From assembly GCA_026991575.1 (NCBI GenBank), contig JALXBF010000096.1, positions 1-58,258 of the forward strand: a stretch of DNA of 58,258 nucleotides. The letters are read 5' to 3'. This document shows, one piece after another, positions 38,398 to 48,675 of the stretch. Below the pieces are notes generated by a model, which was not told where the DNA came from, searched no databases, and saw nothing but the letters and a program-made list of their open reading frames with translations. The translations under genes were made by a program, and so were the position numbers. The first letter of the stretch is position 1; every line of letters begins with the position of its first letter. The stretch is from Planctomycetota bacterium (GTDB lineage: Bacteria > Planctomycetota > Planctomycetia > JALXBF01).

Positions 38398-39522
38398 TCA
38401 AGCGGTTGTGGCAGGCAGGAGCCAGATGGGCTGCGCTATGCCCGGGTCGCGGCGCAGGGCCATGTCGATCCACAGTCGGAATTCCCAAACCACGCTCACC
38501 AGTTGTCCCTCATAGCTTGCCGGGCCGTCTGGCAAGGTCAACTCGAAGCGGTAGCGGTGCGGGCCAGCCGGGATGGGCCCCTCATGCAGCCGTCGCTGCC
38601 AGAGCTGCTGTTGCTCTGGGTCGGCCTTTCCCTTCGTGTACCAGAGCAGCTCCAGCAGGAGGCCCCTGGCCTGGACCGGCTCGACTGCGTCCACCACGAC
38701 CTCTCCGGCAATCGGCTCGCCGGCCACGTAGTAGCACGGCCGGTCCAGTCGGCCCGGTTCTAGCTTGATTGCCAGCTCGCCGCCGCTCCAGGGTCTGAGC
38801 ACACGCTCCTGCATGGTGGCCGTTGTTGGCAGTGGGCACCCGGGTGGCCGCTCAGGTAGAACCGTCAGTTCGAACTCTTCATGCACGTCCGGCCGGCCCG
38901 GCACAGCGACCTCGTAGGTCAGCAACCACTCGATCCGGCTCCGCTGTCCGCGGAATGAGTGCATAGCGTTTGGGGGAATTTCTAGCTCCGCAATCACTCG
39001 CACCAGTTTGCCATCCTGGGCAGGATTCGGTTCCACGTGTTCCTGTTCGTGGAACACGTGGTCTTCGACACGGACGTGCTTGCCGCTGGCGTAGATTGCC
39101 AGCTCTCGGCCAACGAGCCGCAGGCTGGCCTTAGAGATGGCCGGCGTGTTTCTGAGTTCCTGGCCGGCGACGGCGCGAAATCGGTCACCGGGACGAAGCG
39201 GGTGCCGGGACAGAACGAGCTTCGCGGGACCAAACATACGCGCCAGCATCGTTTGCCGTGCAACCAGGAACACGGCCAGCGCCGGGCCGAGCGCCAGCGA
39301 TACGACGGCAGCCAGCGCGAGGAGCGCCAGGCCCAGGACGCTGTTGCGGAGCAGGTCAGCCAGCAGCGACCGCCACATGGCAACCAGGCCGACGAGGACG
39401 ATCAGGTCCCAGGTGGCGGCAGCGGCAAGCGCGGCGACGACTAGCCGCCGACGATCCTGACGGGGGCTGAGGGGGACATCGAGCTGAGGTGACTGGCGGC
39501 GAGGGAAGTATTCCTGGGTCAT
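38398..39522 (-). CDS. Two-TM membrane protein with tandem arrestin/SpoOM-like beta-sandwich domains
   Basis: Two N-terminal TM helices, then a repeated domain (IPPNAMHSFRGQRSRIEWLL and LPDGPASYEGQLVSVVWEF). ATG 39522 follows GGAG. Confidence 0.6.
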   Translation of the reverse strand: MTQEYFPRRQSPQLDVPLSPRQDRRRLVVAALAAAATWDLIVLVGLVAMWRSLLADLLRNSVLGLALLALAAVVSLALGPALAVFLVARQTMLARMFGPAKLVLSRHPLRPGDRFRAVAGQELRNTPAISKASLRLVGRELAIYASGKHVRVEDHVFHEQEHVEPNPAQDGKLVRVIAELEIPPNAMHSFRGQRSRIEWLLTYEVAVPGRPDVHEEFELTVLPERPPGCPLPTTATMQERVLRPWSGGELAIKLEPGRLDRPCYYVAGEPIAGEVVVDAVEPVQARGLLLELLWYTKGKADPEQQQLWQRRLHEGPIPAGPHRYRFELTLPDGPASYEGQLVSVVWEFRLWIDMALRRDPGIAQPIWLLPATTA

Positions 39523-40162
39523 GAGCGTGGTGCTCCGAGTACGTGTCAACGCTTCGCATATGCCGGCGGGCTGCGCCGGTGTCGGGCACGTGCCATTGCC
39601 TGGTCGCGGCATGCGACGTGCGTACAGCATACCAATTCGCGCGGCGCGCTTGCCCGGGGGGATGTCGGAGGATGAGCCCGTTCAGGTTCTGCGCGCACGG
39701 CGATGGCTGGCTTGCCAGAAGCGGCGGTGTTGAGCGGCTGCGTGGACTGCGTTTCAATGGGCGTGCCAGCATTGACGTTGACTCCTCGCACGGCGTCCGC
39801 AGTCGGCGCCCCTTGGCGTTGGGGGACGGGTAGGCCTGTGTCTGCACGTGCCGGAACACCTAGGCAAAGTGGGGGGACGGATCCAAGAGGCTGCGGTACG
39901 GTACGGCGGGTGACAACCCGCTGCCTGGGTCTGGCGAGCAGGGTAGCGGAGCTTGATGTCGGAGCCTGCGGGGGGCGCGCGGAACCGTCCGGGGGGCGTT
40001 GCCAGATGGTCGGGGACCGGGTGATGTCAGCGGACGTGGCGAAGGACGAGCGTTTGTGGGGGGGCATTAGTGGCTCGGTCCAGTGCGTTGTCGCTGCTGG
40101 TTTCAGCGTCGGCGCTTCTCTCGCCCGCTCTGCCACCGGCACAAACGCCAGGGGGGTGGTGG

Positions 40163-40192
40163 TTGACAGTGGTGGAGTGGGGGTGCTAGAAT
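40163..40192 (+). promoter_or_regulatory. Housekeeping sigma70 promoter
   Basis: TTGACA (40163-40168), 18 nt, TAGAAT (40187-40192) with an extended -10 TG, immediately upstream of the riboswitch. Confidence 0.75.
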
Positions 40193-40204
40193 CGGTCGTT
40201 GCTG

Positions 40205-40397
40205 TTGGTAGGTGTGGCCCGAAGCGGGTTCCTGCCGGCCGCGTTCCGGCGGCCGGTGGGCTAAGAGGGAAGACGGTGAGAATCCGTCGCGGGGCCGCCG
40301 CTGTGTTCGGCGAGGTCCGGCCCACGATGCCACTGGGAGCCACGCTCCTGGGAAGGCGGGTTCGGACCGCTTGAGCCGTAAGCCAGAAGACCTGCCC
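40205..40397 (+). ncRNA. Cobalamin (B12) riboswitch
   Basis: Conserved blocks AAGAGGGAA-GACGGTGAGAATCCGTC, CCGCCGCTGTG, GCCACTGGG, CTGGGAAGGC and B12 box AGCCAGAAGACCTGCC, in canonical order. Confidence 0.93.
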
Positions 40398-40572
40398 GCT
40401 TCGGTCGGTTGTCTCCAGGGGTGTCTCGCGCCGGGCGCCCGGAGGCAAGGAGCATGCGCTGCTGCAGGCCGGTCGGATACGCTCCGGCCACGGCCTCTCT
40501 GCGCCCAGGTCCTTACCTTCCGGAGGCCCGGTGCGGCTGCCGTGCCCGCGCCGGCACAGGAGGTAAGCGACC

Positions 40573-41406
40573 GTGAAACCTACTGTCCGCCTTCGTCGCG
40601 CATGCGGCATCACGCTGATCGAATTACTCGTCGTCATTGCCATCATCGCCGTACTGGCCGCTCTACTGTTGCCTGCCGTTCAACACGCTCGGAGCGCTGC
40701 CCGGCGGGCTCAGTGCGCATCCAACCTGCATCAGTTTGGCATCGCCCTCCATAGCTACGCCCAGGTGTGGAACGATCACCTGCCGCCGGTCTCCACCTGG
40801 GACTGGATGGATCCAAAGTCGGAACAGCGCTACTGGTTTGGGCTCGTCTTGGATCCCCCCTGGGTACCGGCGAACGAGCGGCGAGTTGACGTCAGCGAGG
40901 GGTTCCTCTGGCCCTACCTTGGCAAGCACAAGGGCGTGATGCTGTGTCCGGAATTCCAACCGTCCCGGCTGCAGTGGCGGTTCCAAGGGGCCACGGCCGG
41001 CTATGCGTATAACTACATCTATCTGGGACCGGGCATCTGGCGCGACTGGCGCACCGGTCAGCTGACGCGACCGGTTACGGTCCGCCGTGCCCAAATTCGT
41101 CAAACGATGAACACGATCGCCTTTGCCGACAGTGCCCGCGTGCGGTGGTGGGGATTCGGGGCAAGCCCGCAGGAACCGGTTGCTGAGGAAAACTATTTCC
41201 TCGACCCGCCCAGCAGCAATTACTCCACGGTGCACTTTCGCCACGACGGGCTGGCCAACGTGCTGTTCCTGGACGGGCATGTCCGGCCGCTGAAGCCGAC
41301 GATCCGCAAGATGCCTGCCTGGTGGCCCGAACCGGCCGACCGGCTCCGTTACGAATTCAATATCTTCGACATCGGTACGGACGACGAGCTGTGGGACCAG
41401 TACTGA
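40573..41406 (+). CDS. DUF1559 / prepilin-type N-terminal methylation domain protein with H-X9-DG motif
   Basis: [51 protein letters not shown] and [25 protein letters not shown]. Confidence 0.92.
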   Translation: MKPTVRLRRACGITLIELLVVIAIIAVLAALLLPAVQHARSAARRAQCASNLHQFGIALHSYAQVWNDHLPPVSTWDWMDPKSEQRYWFGLVLDPPWVPANERRVDVSEGFLWPYLGKHKGVMLCPEFQPSRLQWRFQGATAGYAYNYIYLGPGIWRDWRTGQLTRPVTVRRAQIRQTMNTIAFADSARVRWWGFGASPQEPVAEENYFLDPPSSNYSTVHFRHDGLANVLFLDGHVRPLKPTIRKMPAWWPEPADRLRYEFNIFDIGTDDELWDQY

Positions 41407-41467
41407 GCGGTACCTGAGCCGGCAGACTAACGTCACGCGCGCTAGTGATCCGGAGCGGAGGAGAACG

Positions 41468-42064
41468 ATGGCAGAAGCGTCGCGCCCTGCACGAACGAGC
41501 CGCTGGGCAACCGCGCTGGCGGTTACCGGCTACACCGTGAGCTTCGTGGCCCGAGTGCTACCACATCCGTGGAATGTGACCCCCCTCGGTGCCTCCGCGG
41601 CCTTTGCCGCGGCGCATCAGGGTCTAGCGCGTTCAACAGCCGGTGTGTTGCTGACGATGGCTGCAAGCGACCTGGTCCTGTGGTTGACGCGGTACCGGGC
41701 GGCCGGCTTCCCGCTCGTGACGACCGTGACCCCGTTTGTGTACGTGGGCTGGTTCGGCTATCTGCTGCTTGGCCGCTGGCTGGCGCGGCGCGCTGGGCTG
41801 CTGGGCCCGGCCGTGGCGCTGCTGGGAGGCAGCGCGTGGTTCTTTCTCGTCTCCAACTTCGGTGTCTGGTTTGCCGGCTACTATCCCGCGACCGCACAGG
41901 GGTTGATGGCCTGCTACGCTGCAGCGATCCCGTTTTGGCGGCAGATGTTGCTGGCGGACCTATTCTTCGGCGTGATTCTTTTCGGCAGTTACGCTGCCGT
42001 GGTGGGCACTGCAGGGCAGGCCGAGGCGCTGTCGGAGCCGGTCCAGCCGGCAAACAACTCTTGA
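41468..42064 (+). CDS. BtuM-like (DUF6580) membrane protein, probable cobalamin transporter
   Basis: About 6 TM helices. PHPWNVTP, SD, FFLVSNFGVW and YPATAQGLMACYAAAIPF motifs. Downstream of the B12 riboswitch. Confidence 0.78.
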   Translation: MAEASRPARTSRWATALAVTGYTVSFVARVLPHPWNVTPLGASAAFAAAHQGLARSTAGVLLTMAASDLVLWLTRYRAAGFPLVTTVTPFVYVGWFGYLLLGRWLARRAGLLGPAVALLGGSAWFFLVSNFGVWFAGYYPATAQGLMACYAAAIPFWRQMLLADLFFGVILFGSYAAVVGTAGQAEALSEPVQPANNS

Positions 42065-42246
42065 CGGTCTAAAGGGTTCTGAAGACGATCGGGTGTCGTC
42101 ACGGACCGTCCATCCAGGGCGGGTGCCTTGGCGCTGCGCACTGTCAGGCGGCGCAGGCCGCGGCGGCCCACGCCGGTAGCTAGAATGGGAGTGGTGTTTT
42201 TCCAACCCGTGCGACGTTGTTGCTTACGGAGAGAGCCGGGCACGTC

Positions 42247-45200
42247 ATGATCAGCCGCAGAGGCGGGCTTCTGCCCCGCATCGCCGCGTTCGTGCTGACC
42301 GCGGTTGCTGTGGCCGGGTTGATCTGGGCACAGTCGGCCGGCACGAGCCGAACCCGTAACGCGTACTTGCCTACCAGTGAGCAGGCGTCCGAACAGCTAC
42401 AAGTGGCACAACGGCTGATCGAACAGGGCCGTTGGGGCGACGCCGTGGCCGCGCTGGAGGACGTCATCGACCGGTACCCGGACCGGGTTGTTGCGCTGCA
42501 GGACGGGTTGTACATCAGCGTGCGGGACTATGCGCATCTGCTGGTTGCGCGCTCCGGCCCGGACGGGCTGGCCGCCTACCGGCTCCGCGTCGATGCTCGC
42601 GCCGAGGCGATGTACCGGCGCGCGATCGATCGGAACGATGTCGCACTGTTGCGCGCGCTGGTCGACCGGTACTTCTGCAGTAGCCGCGGCGATGATGCGC
42701 TGGACTTGCTGGCCGAGCACGCATTTGAGGCTGGTCGTTTTGACGAGGCGGTTGCGCTGTGGCGCCGGCTGCTGCCGGAAGCAGGCGACGGCGACACCGC
42801 ACACGTCGTGCTCTGTTACCCGGACACCGACCTGAACCGCGCCGAACTGGCAGCCAAGCAGGTGATTGCGCTGGCCTTTGGTGGTCATCTCGAGGAAGCG
42901 TACGCGCGATACCGGCAGTTCCGGGAGCGCTATCCGGAAGCCGTGGGCCGGCTGGCCGGTCAGGAGGACCTCTGGGTGCAGCACCTGGGCAAGTTGCTGA
43001 AGCAGTTGGGTCGCGCTACGAAGCCGAGCAGCAGCGATTGGCCCACCTTCGCGCGTACCCCAGCCCGTACCGGCGTTGCGCCCGAGGCGGTTGACATTGG
43101 TAGCGTGCAGTGGAGCGTTACCTTGCCGCCGGTGGTTCAGGCACCTAGGGGATTCATCAGTCGCCAGATGGCGACTCCGCCGGCGTCGGGCCGCGCTGCG
43201 TACCACCCGATTGTTGCGAAGGGTTACGTGATCGTGTGCAATCAGAGCCAGGTGCTAGCGTACCGGTTGCAGGAGGGGCCGGGCGAGGCGGAGCGGCCCG
43301 CGTGGACTTATGAGCTGCGGACTGCGGGTGCCGCCGGCTTCGGTCGCATGCCTTACGGGGTGACGGCGCCGCCACAGTTCACGCTGACCGCCTCCGGGGA
43401 CCGCCTCTACGTTCGTCTGGGGACACCGATGGCCGCGCCGTTGCGGAAGGCGGGGCGGACGTTGGAGAGCTACGTCGTCTGCCTGAGCCTGTCGGCCGAT
43501 GGCAAGCTTCTCTGGCAGCGCAGGATCGATGAGCCGGACACGGTCTTCGAGGGGGCACCGGTTGTGGCAGGCGATCGAGTCTTCATTGCCGCGCGCACCG
43601 GCGGCTCTATGCTCCGCTCAACCGTGTACTGCTTCGACGCCCGCACGGGCCGCAAGCTCTGGTCACGCCTCGTCTGCGAATCCCCCCAGTCGGGCCGCTA
43701 CTACGATCGCCTGGACACGGCACAGAGCCTGATCACGGTGGGCCAGGGACTGGCGTTCTACGCGACCAATCTTGGTGCCGTTGCGGCTCTCGATACCGAA
43801 ACCGGCGAGATCCGCTGGATCTGGACGTACCCGCGCAAGCAGGGGGGCTATTACGCGCGGCAAGCACGGCGGCCCACGGTCCGGGCAGCAATCTACGACA
43901 GGGGCCGCCTGTTCGTCGCGCCGGCCGACGCGGACCGCGTCAGCTGCCTGGACGCCAGCAGCGGCCGGGTGCTGTGGGAGGTGACGGCCGGGACGCTAGA
44001 TGCCACGGGCAGTTTCCAGATGCTCGGCATCCACGACGACTGCCTCATTATCAGCGGCGAGCAGGTCATGGCGTTGGAAGCGACTACGGGTCGCAAACTA
44101 TGGCAGTTCCCGCCGGCAGGCGGTCGGCTCGCGGCACGCGGCCGCGGTGTACTGGCCGGTGACCTGCTCTACGTACCAGACGAGACGCAGATTTACGTGC
44201 TTGACGTGAAGACCGGTCGGCCCGACCGGCCGGCGGTTGAGTTGGTGAACCAGCACCATCAACAGCCCGGCAACTTGATCGTTGCCGATGGCTACCTGAT
44301 CGTGGCCGGCGAGAAGCTGGCCGTGCTGTGCGAGTACGGCCTGCTGATCAGACGTTACCGCGAACAGCTTGCCCGCCGGCCCACCTCCGCAACGCTGCAC
44401 CTGAAGCTGGCCCGCGCGCTGGAGGCCACCGGGCAGGCCGAAGCCGCAGCCAAAGCGTACCGCGCCGCGCTGGAGCACGCTCGCCCCGGCGAGCGGGTCG
44501 ACGGCGTCGAACTGGCAGCCGTCTGCCGCGAGCGGCTCTATCACCTGCTGCTGCGGCAGGCGAAGCAGCTGGTTGAGCAGGACGGGCAACAGCAAACTGC
44601 TCGAGCCGTCGAGCTGTTGAAGGAGGCGGTTGCGGTCGCACCGACTGCGGGAGCCGAATTGGAAGGGCGGCTAACGCTGGCTGCTGTCTGGCAGAAGGCG
44701 GGCAAGCCGCAGGAGGCGCTGGCGGCGTACCAGGAGATTCTCGCCCAGCAGCGGCTTCGGTCGCTGCCGTACGCGGTCTCCACAAACCGCTCCGTTCGTG
44801 CCGACGTGGTCGTGTACGATCGGATCGAGCAACTGCTGCGTGAGCATGGTCGGGAGCTGTACGCGGTTTACGAAGAGCAGGTCAGACGCGGCCACCAGCA
44901 GGCGCTGGAAGAGCGTAACCCGCTGCTTCTGCGCAAGCTGTTGGCTCGTTACCCGAACAGCACGCTGCGCTACCGGCTGTGGCTCGACCTTGGCCGGCTA
45001 CTTGCGGAACAGCAGCGTTGGAGTGAGGCGGCGGATGCGTACCGCATGGCGAGCAGCATCGGGCGCAAGCCGCAGGAGCGGGCGGCGGCGCTGATCGGAC
45101 TGGCACAAGCGTTGGAAGCGCAGCGGCTGTGGCCGGCCGCGGCGCGCGTGCTCATTGAGGCGCGACAGCTTGCACCGGAGGCCAAGCTCCCTGAGGGGGG

Positions 45201-46605
45201 CGTAACCTTAGCCGCTTACGTGGATCGAAAGCTACAAGAGGATGCGTTCCGATGGACGTTGCGCCGCGAGCAAGGCTTGATGCTGCCACTGGGCGTGAAG
45301 TGGCAGCAGGACTGGGGCCAGGGCGCGAAGGTGCTGCTGGCCGAAGGGACACCTCCGGTGGGCATGAAGCCGGTCTTCTTCGTCCAGCGAACCCGCTCGC
45401 TGGCCTGTGTCGATGCGCTGACCGCCAGTGAAATGTGGCGGCTGCCAACGACCACGGCCGTACGCTGGGCCGGTTTCGTGGCCGACAAGCTCGTCGTCAC
45501 CGATGATCGCCGTGTCGTGGCCGTGACCGTTGCCGACGGTACCGTGGCGTGGAGCCATGAGTTTGCGGCGGAACGGTCCGTGGCAGGACCGTTGCCGAGG
45601 GGGTATGAGCTGGATGAAGCCCCAGGCAACCGCCGCTTACAGGCTCGGCTAAGTCCACGACCGGGCCGCGCGCAGTGGGCTGCGGGCGAGCCACCTAGTT
45701 TGCGGGTCTGCGGTTTTGCCGATGATCGGCTCTATGTGTTGAGCCCCGGGGGTGAGCTGGTGGCGCTGTCGGCCGCGAAGGGCACTCAGCTTTGGGCATT
45801 TCGGCCCACGACCGGCCGGCTGGGCGAACACGTGGCCGTCAGCCCGCGGCTCGTGGTGGTCCAGAACGTGGCTGCCAATCGGATCCTCGTACTTGACTCC
45901 GACGGCCGCGTCCGCTGGGAGCTGGACGGCGCCGGTGGCCAGTGGGCACGCGATCCGGTTTGGGTCGATAGTAGACGAGTCTGTGCCGTGACTGCTTCGG
46001 GCACCGCCCAGCTGATCGACGTCGATACCGGACAGCTCGTCTGGGAGTACTCGGCTACAGGGCTGCTGGGCCGCACGCCACGGGTGATTGTCGGCCCAGG
46101 CCGAACGCTGTGTTTGCTTGTGGGGGCGGAGTTGCGGCGGCTTGATCCGGAGACGGGCGATGTGCTCTGGAGCGTGACACTGGCGCATGCCCCGCTGGCA
46201 CGCGACGATCACGTCTGGCTGATCGATCGCTATCGCTTTTACTGCGTGACACGCACCGGCGCACTGAGTGCCCGATCCCTGGACGATGGCCGGCTGTTGT
46301 GGCAATACTTGTTGACGGGGGCATACGGCGGCAGCACTTCGGCCTATGGCCGCACCGCGTGGCGGCTTGCCCGCTCGGGCCAATACCTTGTGGCCTACCC
46401 CGCCCGCGCGCAGCGGCCCCAGACGCTGGTGCCCTTGGTGGTTGTCGTGGCCGACAGCGGAAAGCTCGTGCAGCGTCTGGCGTTGACGGCAACGGGGGCC
46501 CAACTGGAGCTTGCCCTGGCCGGCTCCGTGGCGCTGCTTCGCTCGCCCACCGCCGTACTGCTGGTGGCCCGAGACGACGCATGGTTTCAGCTTGCAGAGG
46601 AGTAG
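42247..46605 (+). CDS. Large secreted PQQ-like beta-propeller / TPR protein
   Basis: Signal peptide. Repeated D..TG...W propeller motifs in two blocks separated by TPR-like helices. ATG 42247. Confidence 0.85.
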   Translation: MISRRGGLLPRIAAFVLTAVAVAGLIWAQSAGTSRTRNAYLPTSEQASEQLQVAQRLIEQGRWGDAVAALEDVIDRYPDRVVALQDGLYISVRDYAHLLVARSGPDGLAAYRLRVDARAEAMYRRAIDRNDVALLRALVDRYFCSSRGDDALDLLAEHAFEAGRFDEAVALWRRLLPEAGDGDTAHVVLCYPDTDLNRAELAAKQVIALAFGGHLEEAYARYRQFRERYPEAVGRLAGQEDLWVQHLGKLLKQLGRATKPSSSDWPTFARTPARTGVAPEAVDIGSVQWSVTLPPVVQAPRGFISRQMATPPASGRAAYHPIVAKGYVIVCNQSQVLAYRLQEGPGEAERPAWTYELRTAGAAGFGRMPYGVTAPPQFTLTASGDRLYVRLGTPMAAPLRKAGRTLESYVVCLSLSADGKLLWQRRIDEPDTVFEGAPVVAGDRVFIAARTGGSMLRSTVYCFDARTGRKLWSRLVCESPQSGRYYDRLDTAQSLITVGQGLAFYATNLGAVAALDTETGEIRWIWTYPRKQGGYYARQARRPTVRAAIYDRGRLFVAPADADRVSCLDASSGRVLWEVTAGTLDATGSFQMLGIHDDCLIISGEQVMALEATTGRKLWQFPPAGGRLAARGRGVLAGDLLYVPDETQIYVLDVKTGRPDRPAVELVNQHHQQPGNLIVADGYLIVAGEKLAVLCEYGLLIRRYREQLARRPTSATLHLKLARALEATGQAEAAAKAYRAALEHARPGERVDGVELAAVCRERLYHLLLRQAKQLVEQDGQQQTARAVELLKEAVAVAPTAGAELEGRLTLAAVWQKAGKPQEALAAYQEILAQQRLRSLPYAVSTNRSVRADVVVYDRIEQLLREHGRELYAVYEEQVRRGHQQALEERNPLLLRKLLARYPNSTLRYRLWLDLGRLLAEQQRWSEAADAYRMASSIGRKPQERAAALIGLAQALEAQRLWPAAARVLIEARQLAPEAKLPEGGVTLAAYVDRKLQEDAFRWTLRREQGLMLPLGVKWQQDWGQGAKVLLAEGTPPVGMKPVFFVQRTRSLACVDALTASEMWRLPTTTAVRWAGFVADKLVVTDDRRVVAVTVADGTVAWSHEFAAERSVAGPLPRGYELDEAPGNRRLQARLSPRPGRAQWAAGEPPSLRVCGFADDRLYVLSPGGELVALSAAKGTQLWAFRPTTGRLGEHVAVSPRLVVVQNVAANRILVLDSDGRVRWELDGAGGQWARDPVWVDSRRVCAVTASGTAQLIDVDTGQLVWEYSATGLLGRTPRVIVGPGRTLCLLVGAELRRLDPETGDVLWSVTLAHAPLARDDHVWLIDRYRFYCVTRTGALSARSLDDGRLLWQYLLTGAYGGSTSAYGRTAWRLARSGQYLVAYPARAQRPQTLVPLVVVVADSGKLVQRLALTATGAQLELALAGSVALLRSPTAVLLVARDDAWFQLAEE

Positions 46606-46609
46606 CCGT

Positions 46610-47707
46610 ATGAGTTCGGTAGAGCGGAATGAAGCGGCTGATACGCAGGCGGCGAGCGGCAAGGATCTGGAGGCGATTCAGCGGTTGGCCAGGGCGTACG
46701 AGCAGATCCGCTCGGAGCTGAGCCGGGTGATTGTCGGCCAGCACGAGGTCATCGAGCAGCTCATGATCGCGATGATCTCACGTGGCCACGGCTTGCTGGT
46801 CGGCGTGCCCGGCCTGGCCAAGACGCTTATGATCCACACTCTGGCCGACACGTTGAACCTGTCGTTCAACCGAATCCAGTTCACTCCGGACCTGATGCCC
46901 GCCGACATCACCGGCACGGAGATCGTCCAGGAGGACAAGGCGACAGGCCAGCGCGTGTTCCGCTTTCTGCGTGGTCCCATCTTCGCAAACGTCATCCTGG
47001 CGGACGAGATCAACCGCACGCCCCCCAAGACCCAGGCCGCGCTGTTGGAAGCGATGCAGGAGCACTTTGTGACCGTCGGCGGGGAGCGGCATCGATTGCC
47101 CGAACCGTTCTTCGTGCTGGCCACCCAGAACCCGATTGAACAAGAGGGCACCTATCCGCTGCCCGAAGCTCAGCTGGACCGGTTCATGTTCATGATCCAT
47201 GTCGGCTACCCGAGTGAGGAGGAGGAATTCGAGATTGTTCGGTTGACGACGGGCGATCGGGAGGTGAAGCTGACGAAGGTGCTGAATGCGTCCGACATCC
47301 TTGATCTTCAGCATATCGTGCGCCGCGTGCCGGTGGCCGACCATGTGATCCGCTACGCCTTGCGCTTAGTGCGGGCCACGCGGCCAGAACAGCCCGACGC
47401 GCCCGGGTTCATCAAGGAATGGGTTACCTGGGGGGCTGGTCCACGCGGCAGCCAGTACCTTGTGCTGGCCGCAAAGGCGCGCGCGGCATTGTACGGCCGC
47501 TGGCATGCGACAATCGATGACATCCGAGCACTGGCCGGTCCGGTGCTGCGCCACCGCATCATTACCAACTTCAACGCCGAGGCCGAAGGTGTGCGTCCGG
47601 ACGACATCATCCGGCGGCTGATCGAGACGATCTCGGTCGAGTCGGAAAGCAAAGTCGTGGCCGGTCGCATGGGACACGTGGTTGACACCAAAGAAAAAGC
47701 ATCGTAG
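46610..47707 (+). CDS. moxR: MoxR-family AAA+ ATPase
   Basis: GVPGLAKT Walker [48 protein letters not shown] 46610 follows GAGGAG. Confidence 0.95.
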   Translation: MSSVERNEAADTQAASGKDLEAIQRLARAYEQIRSELSRVIVGQHEVIEQLMIAMISRGHGLLVGVPGLAKTLMIHTLADTLNLSFNRIQFTPDLMPADITGTEIVQEDKATGQRVFRFLRGPIFANVILADEINRTPPKTQAALLEAMQEHFVTVGGERHRLPEPFFVLATQNPIEQEGTYPLPEAQLDRFMFMIHVGYPSEEEEFEIVRLTTGDREVKLTKVLNASDILDLQHIVRRVPVADHVIRYALRLVRATRPEQPDAPGFIKEWVTWGAGPRGSQYLVLAAKARAALYGRWHATIDDIRALAGPVLRHRIITNFNAEAEGVRPDDIIRRLIETISVESESKVVAGRMGHVVDTKEKAS

Positions 47708-47748
47708 TAGCTGCAACGCAAGCCCACCGACGGGTACCGTAGCAAGTC

Positions 47749-48669
47749 ATGGTCCAGCAGGACGAATACGTCGCGCAACTGAAAAAGTACCTCGATCCCA
47801 AGACCATTGCCCGGATCTCTGGCCTTGGGCTCCAGGCACGGCTCATCGTCGAAGGGTACCTCTCCGGCACGCACCGCAGCCCGTATCATGGGGTTAGCGT
47901 CGAGTTTGTGCAGCACCGCGAGTATGTACCGGGCGACGACATCCGGCACGTCGACTGGAAAGTGTGGAGCCGCACGGACAAGTACTACCTGAAACAATAT
48001 GAAGAAGAAACCAACCTGCGGGCCTACTTTGTGCTGGATGCGTCTGAGTCGATGAGCTACGCGTCCGGGGAGGTGACCAAGTTCGACTACGCGCGCTATG
48101 TGATTGCGGCCCTGTGCTACCTGGTGCTCCAGCAACAGGACTCGGCGGGATTGGTTGTGTTCGACGAGAGGGTGGAGCAGTACATTCGCGCCTCGAACCA
48201 ACCCAGCCACTTGAAGCAGCTGTTGCACATCCTGGAGCAGGCTCAGCCGCAGGGTAAAACTGCCCTGGGCAGCTCACTACATGATGTGGCCGAGCGGGTC
48301 GAGGGTCGCAGCCTGGTGGTGATTCTCAGCGACTTCTTCGGCGACGTCGACAGCCTGCTGAAAGGGCTTCAGCATCTGCGACATCGCAAACACGACGTGA
48401 TCGCTATGCAAGTGCTCGACGGTGCCGAACTGGACTTCCCGTTCCGCGACTCAACCCTGTTCGAAGGGATGGAGGAACTGCCCGACGTGCTGACCGACCC
48501 CCGGGCACTGCGCGCGGCGTACCAGCGCGAGTTCGGTGCGTTCGTCGAGCAGCTCGAACGCGGCTGTCTTGCCCGCCGGGTCGACTACGTCCGCCTCCGT
48601 ACCGACCAGCCGCTGGACGTTGCGCTGTCCAGCTACCTTGCCCATCGGAACAAACGCTTGCGCAGGTGA
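47749..48669 (+). CDS. DUF58 domain protein
   Basis: GVSVEFVQHREYVPGDDIRHVDWK, LDASESM and ILSDF motifs. Follows moxR. Confidence 0.93.
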   Translation: MVQQDEYVAQLKKYLDPKTIARISGLGLQARLIVEGYLSGTHRSPYHGVSVEFVQHREYVPGDDIRHVDWKVWSRTDKYYLKQYEEETNLRAYFVLDASESMSYASGEVTKFDYARYVIAALCYLVLQQQDSAGLVVFDERVEQYIRASNQPSHLKQLLHILEQAQPQGKTALGSSLHDVAERVEGRSLVVILSDFFGDVDSLLKGLQHLRHRKHDVIAMQVLDGAELDFPFRDSTLFEGMEELPDVLTDPRALRAAYQREFGAFVEQLERGCLARRVDYVRLRTDQPLDVALSSYLAHRNKRLRR

Positions 48670-48675
48670 GGCGCA

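Noticed and set aside
39546..40646. Long ORFs 39546..40646 (-) and 39703..40374 (+)
   Set aside because: They overlap the sigma70 promoter and cobalamin riboswitch and show no protein-like features.
4740..42150. Other TGTCAG hexamers (near 4740, 7833, 8622, 9129, 9590, 30375 minus, 37112, 40025, 42142)
   Set aside because: They lack GT after an 18-nt spacer and several lie inside genes, so they are not counted as motif copies.
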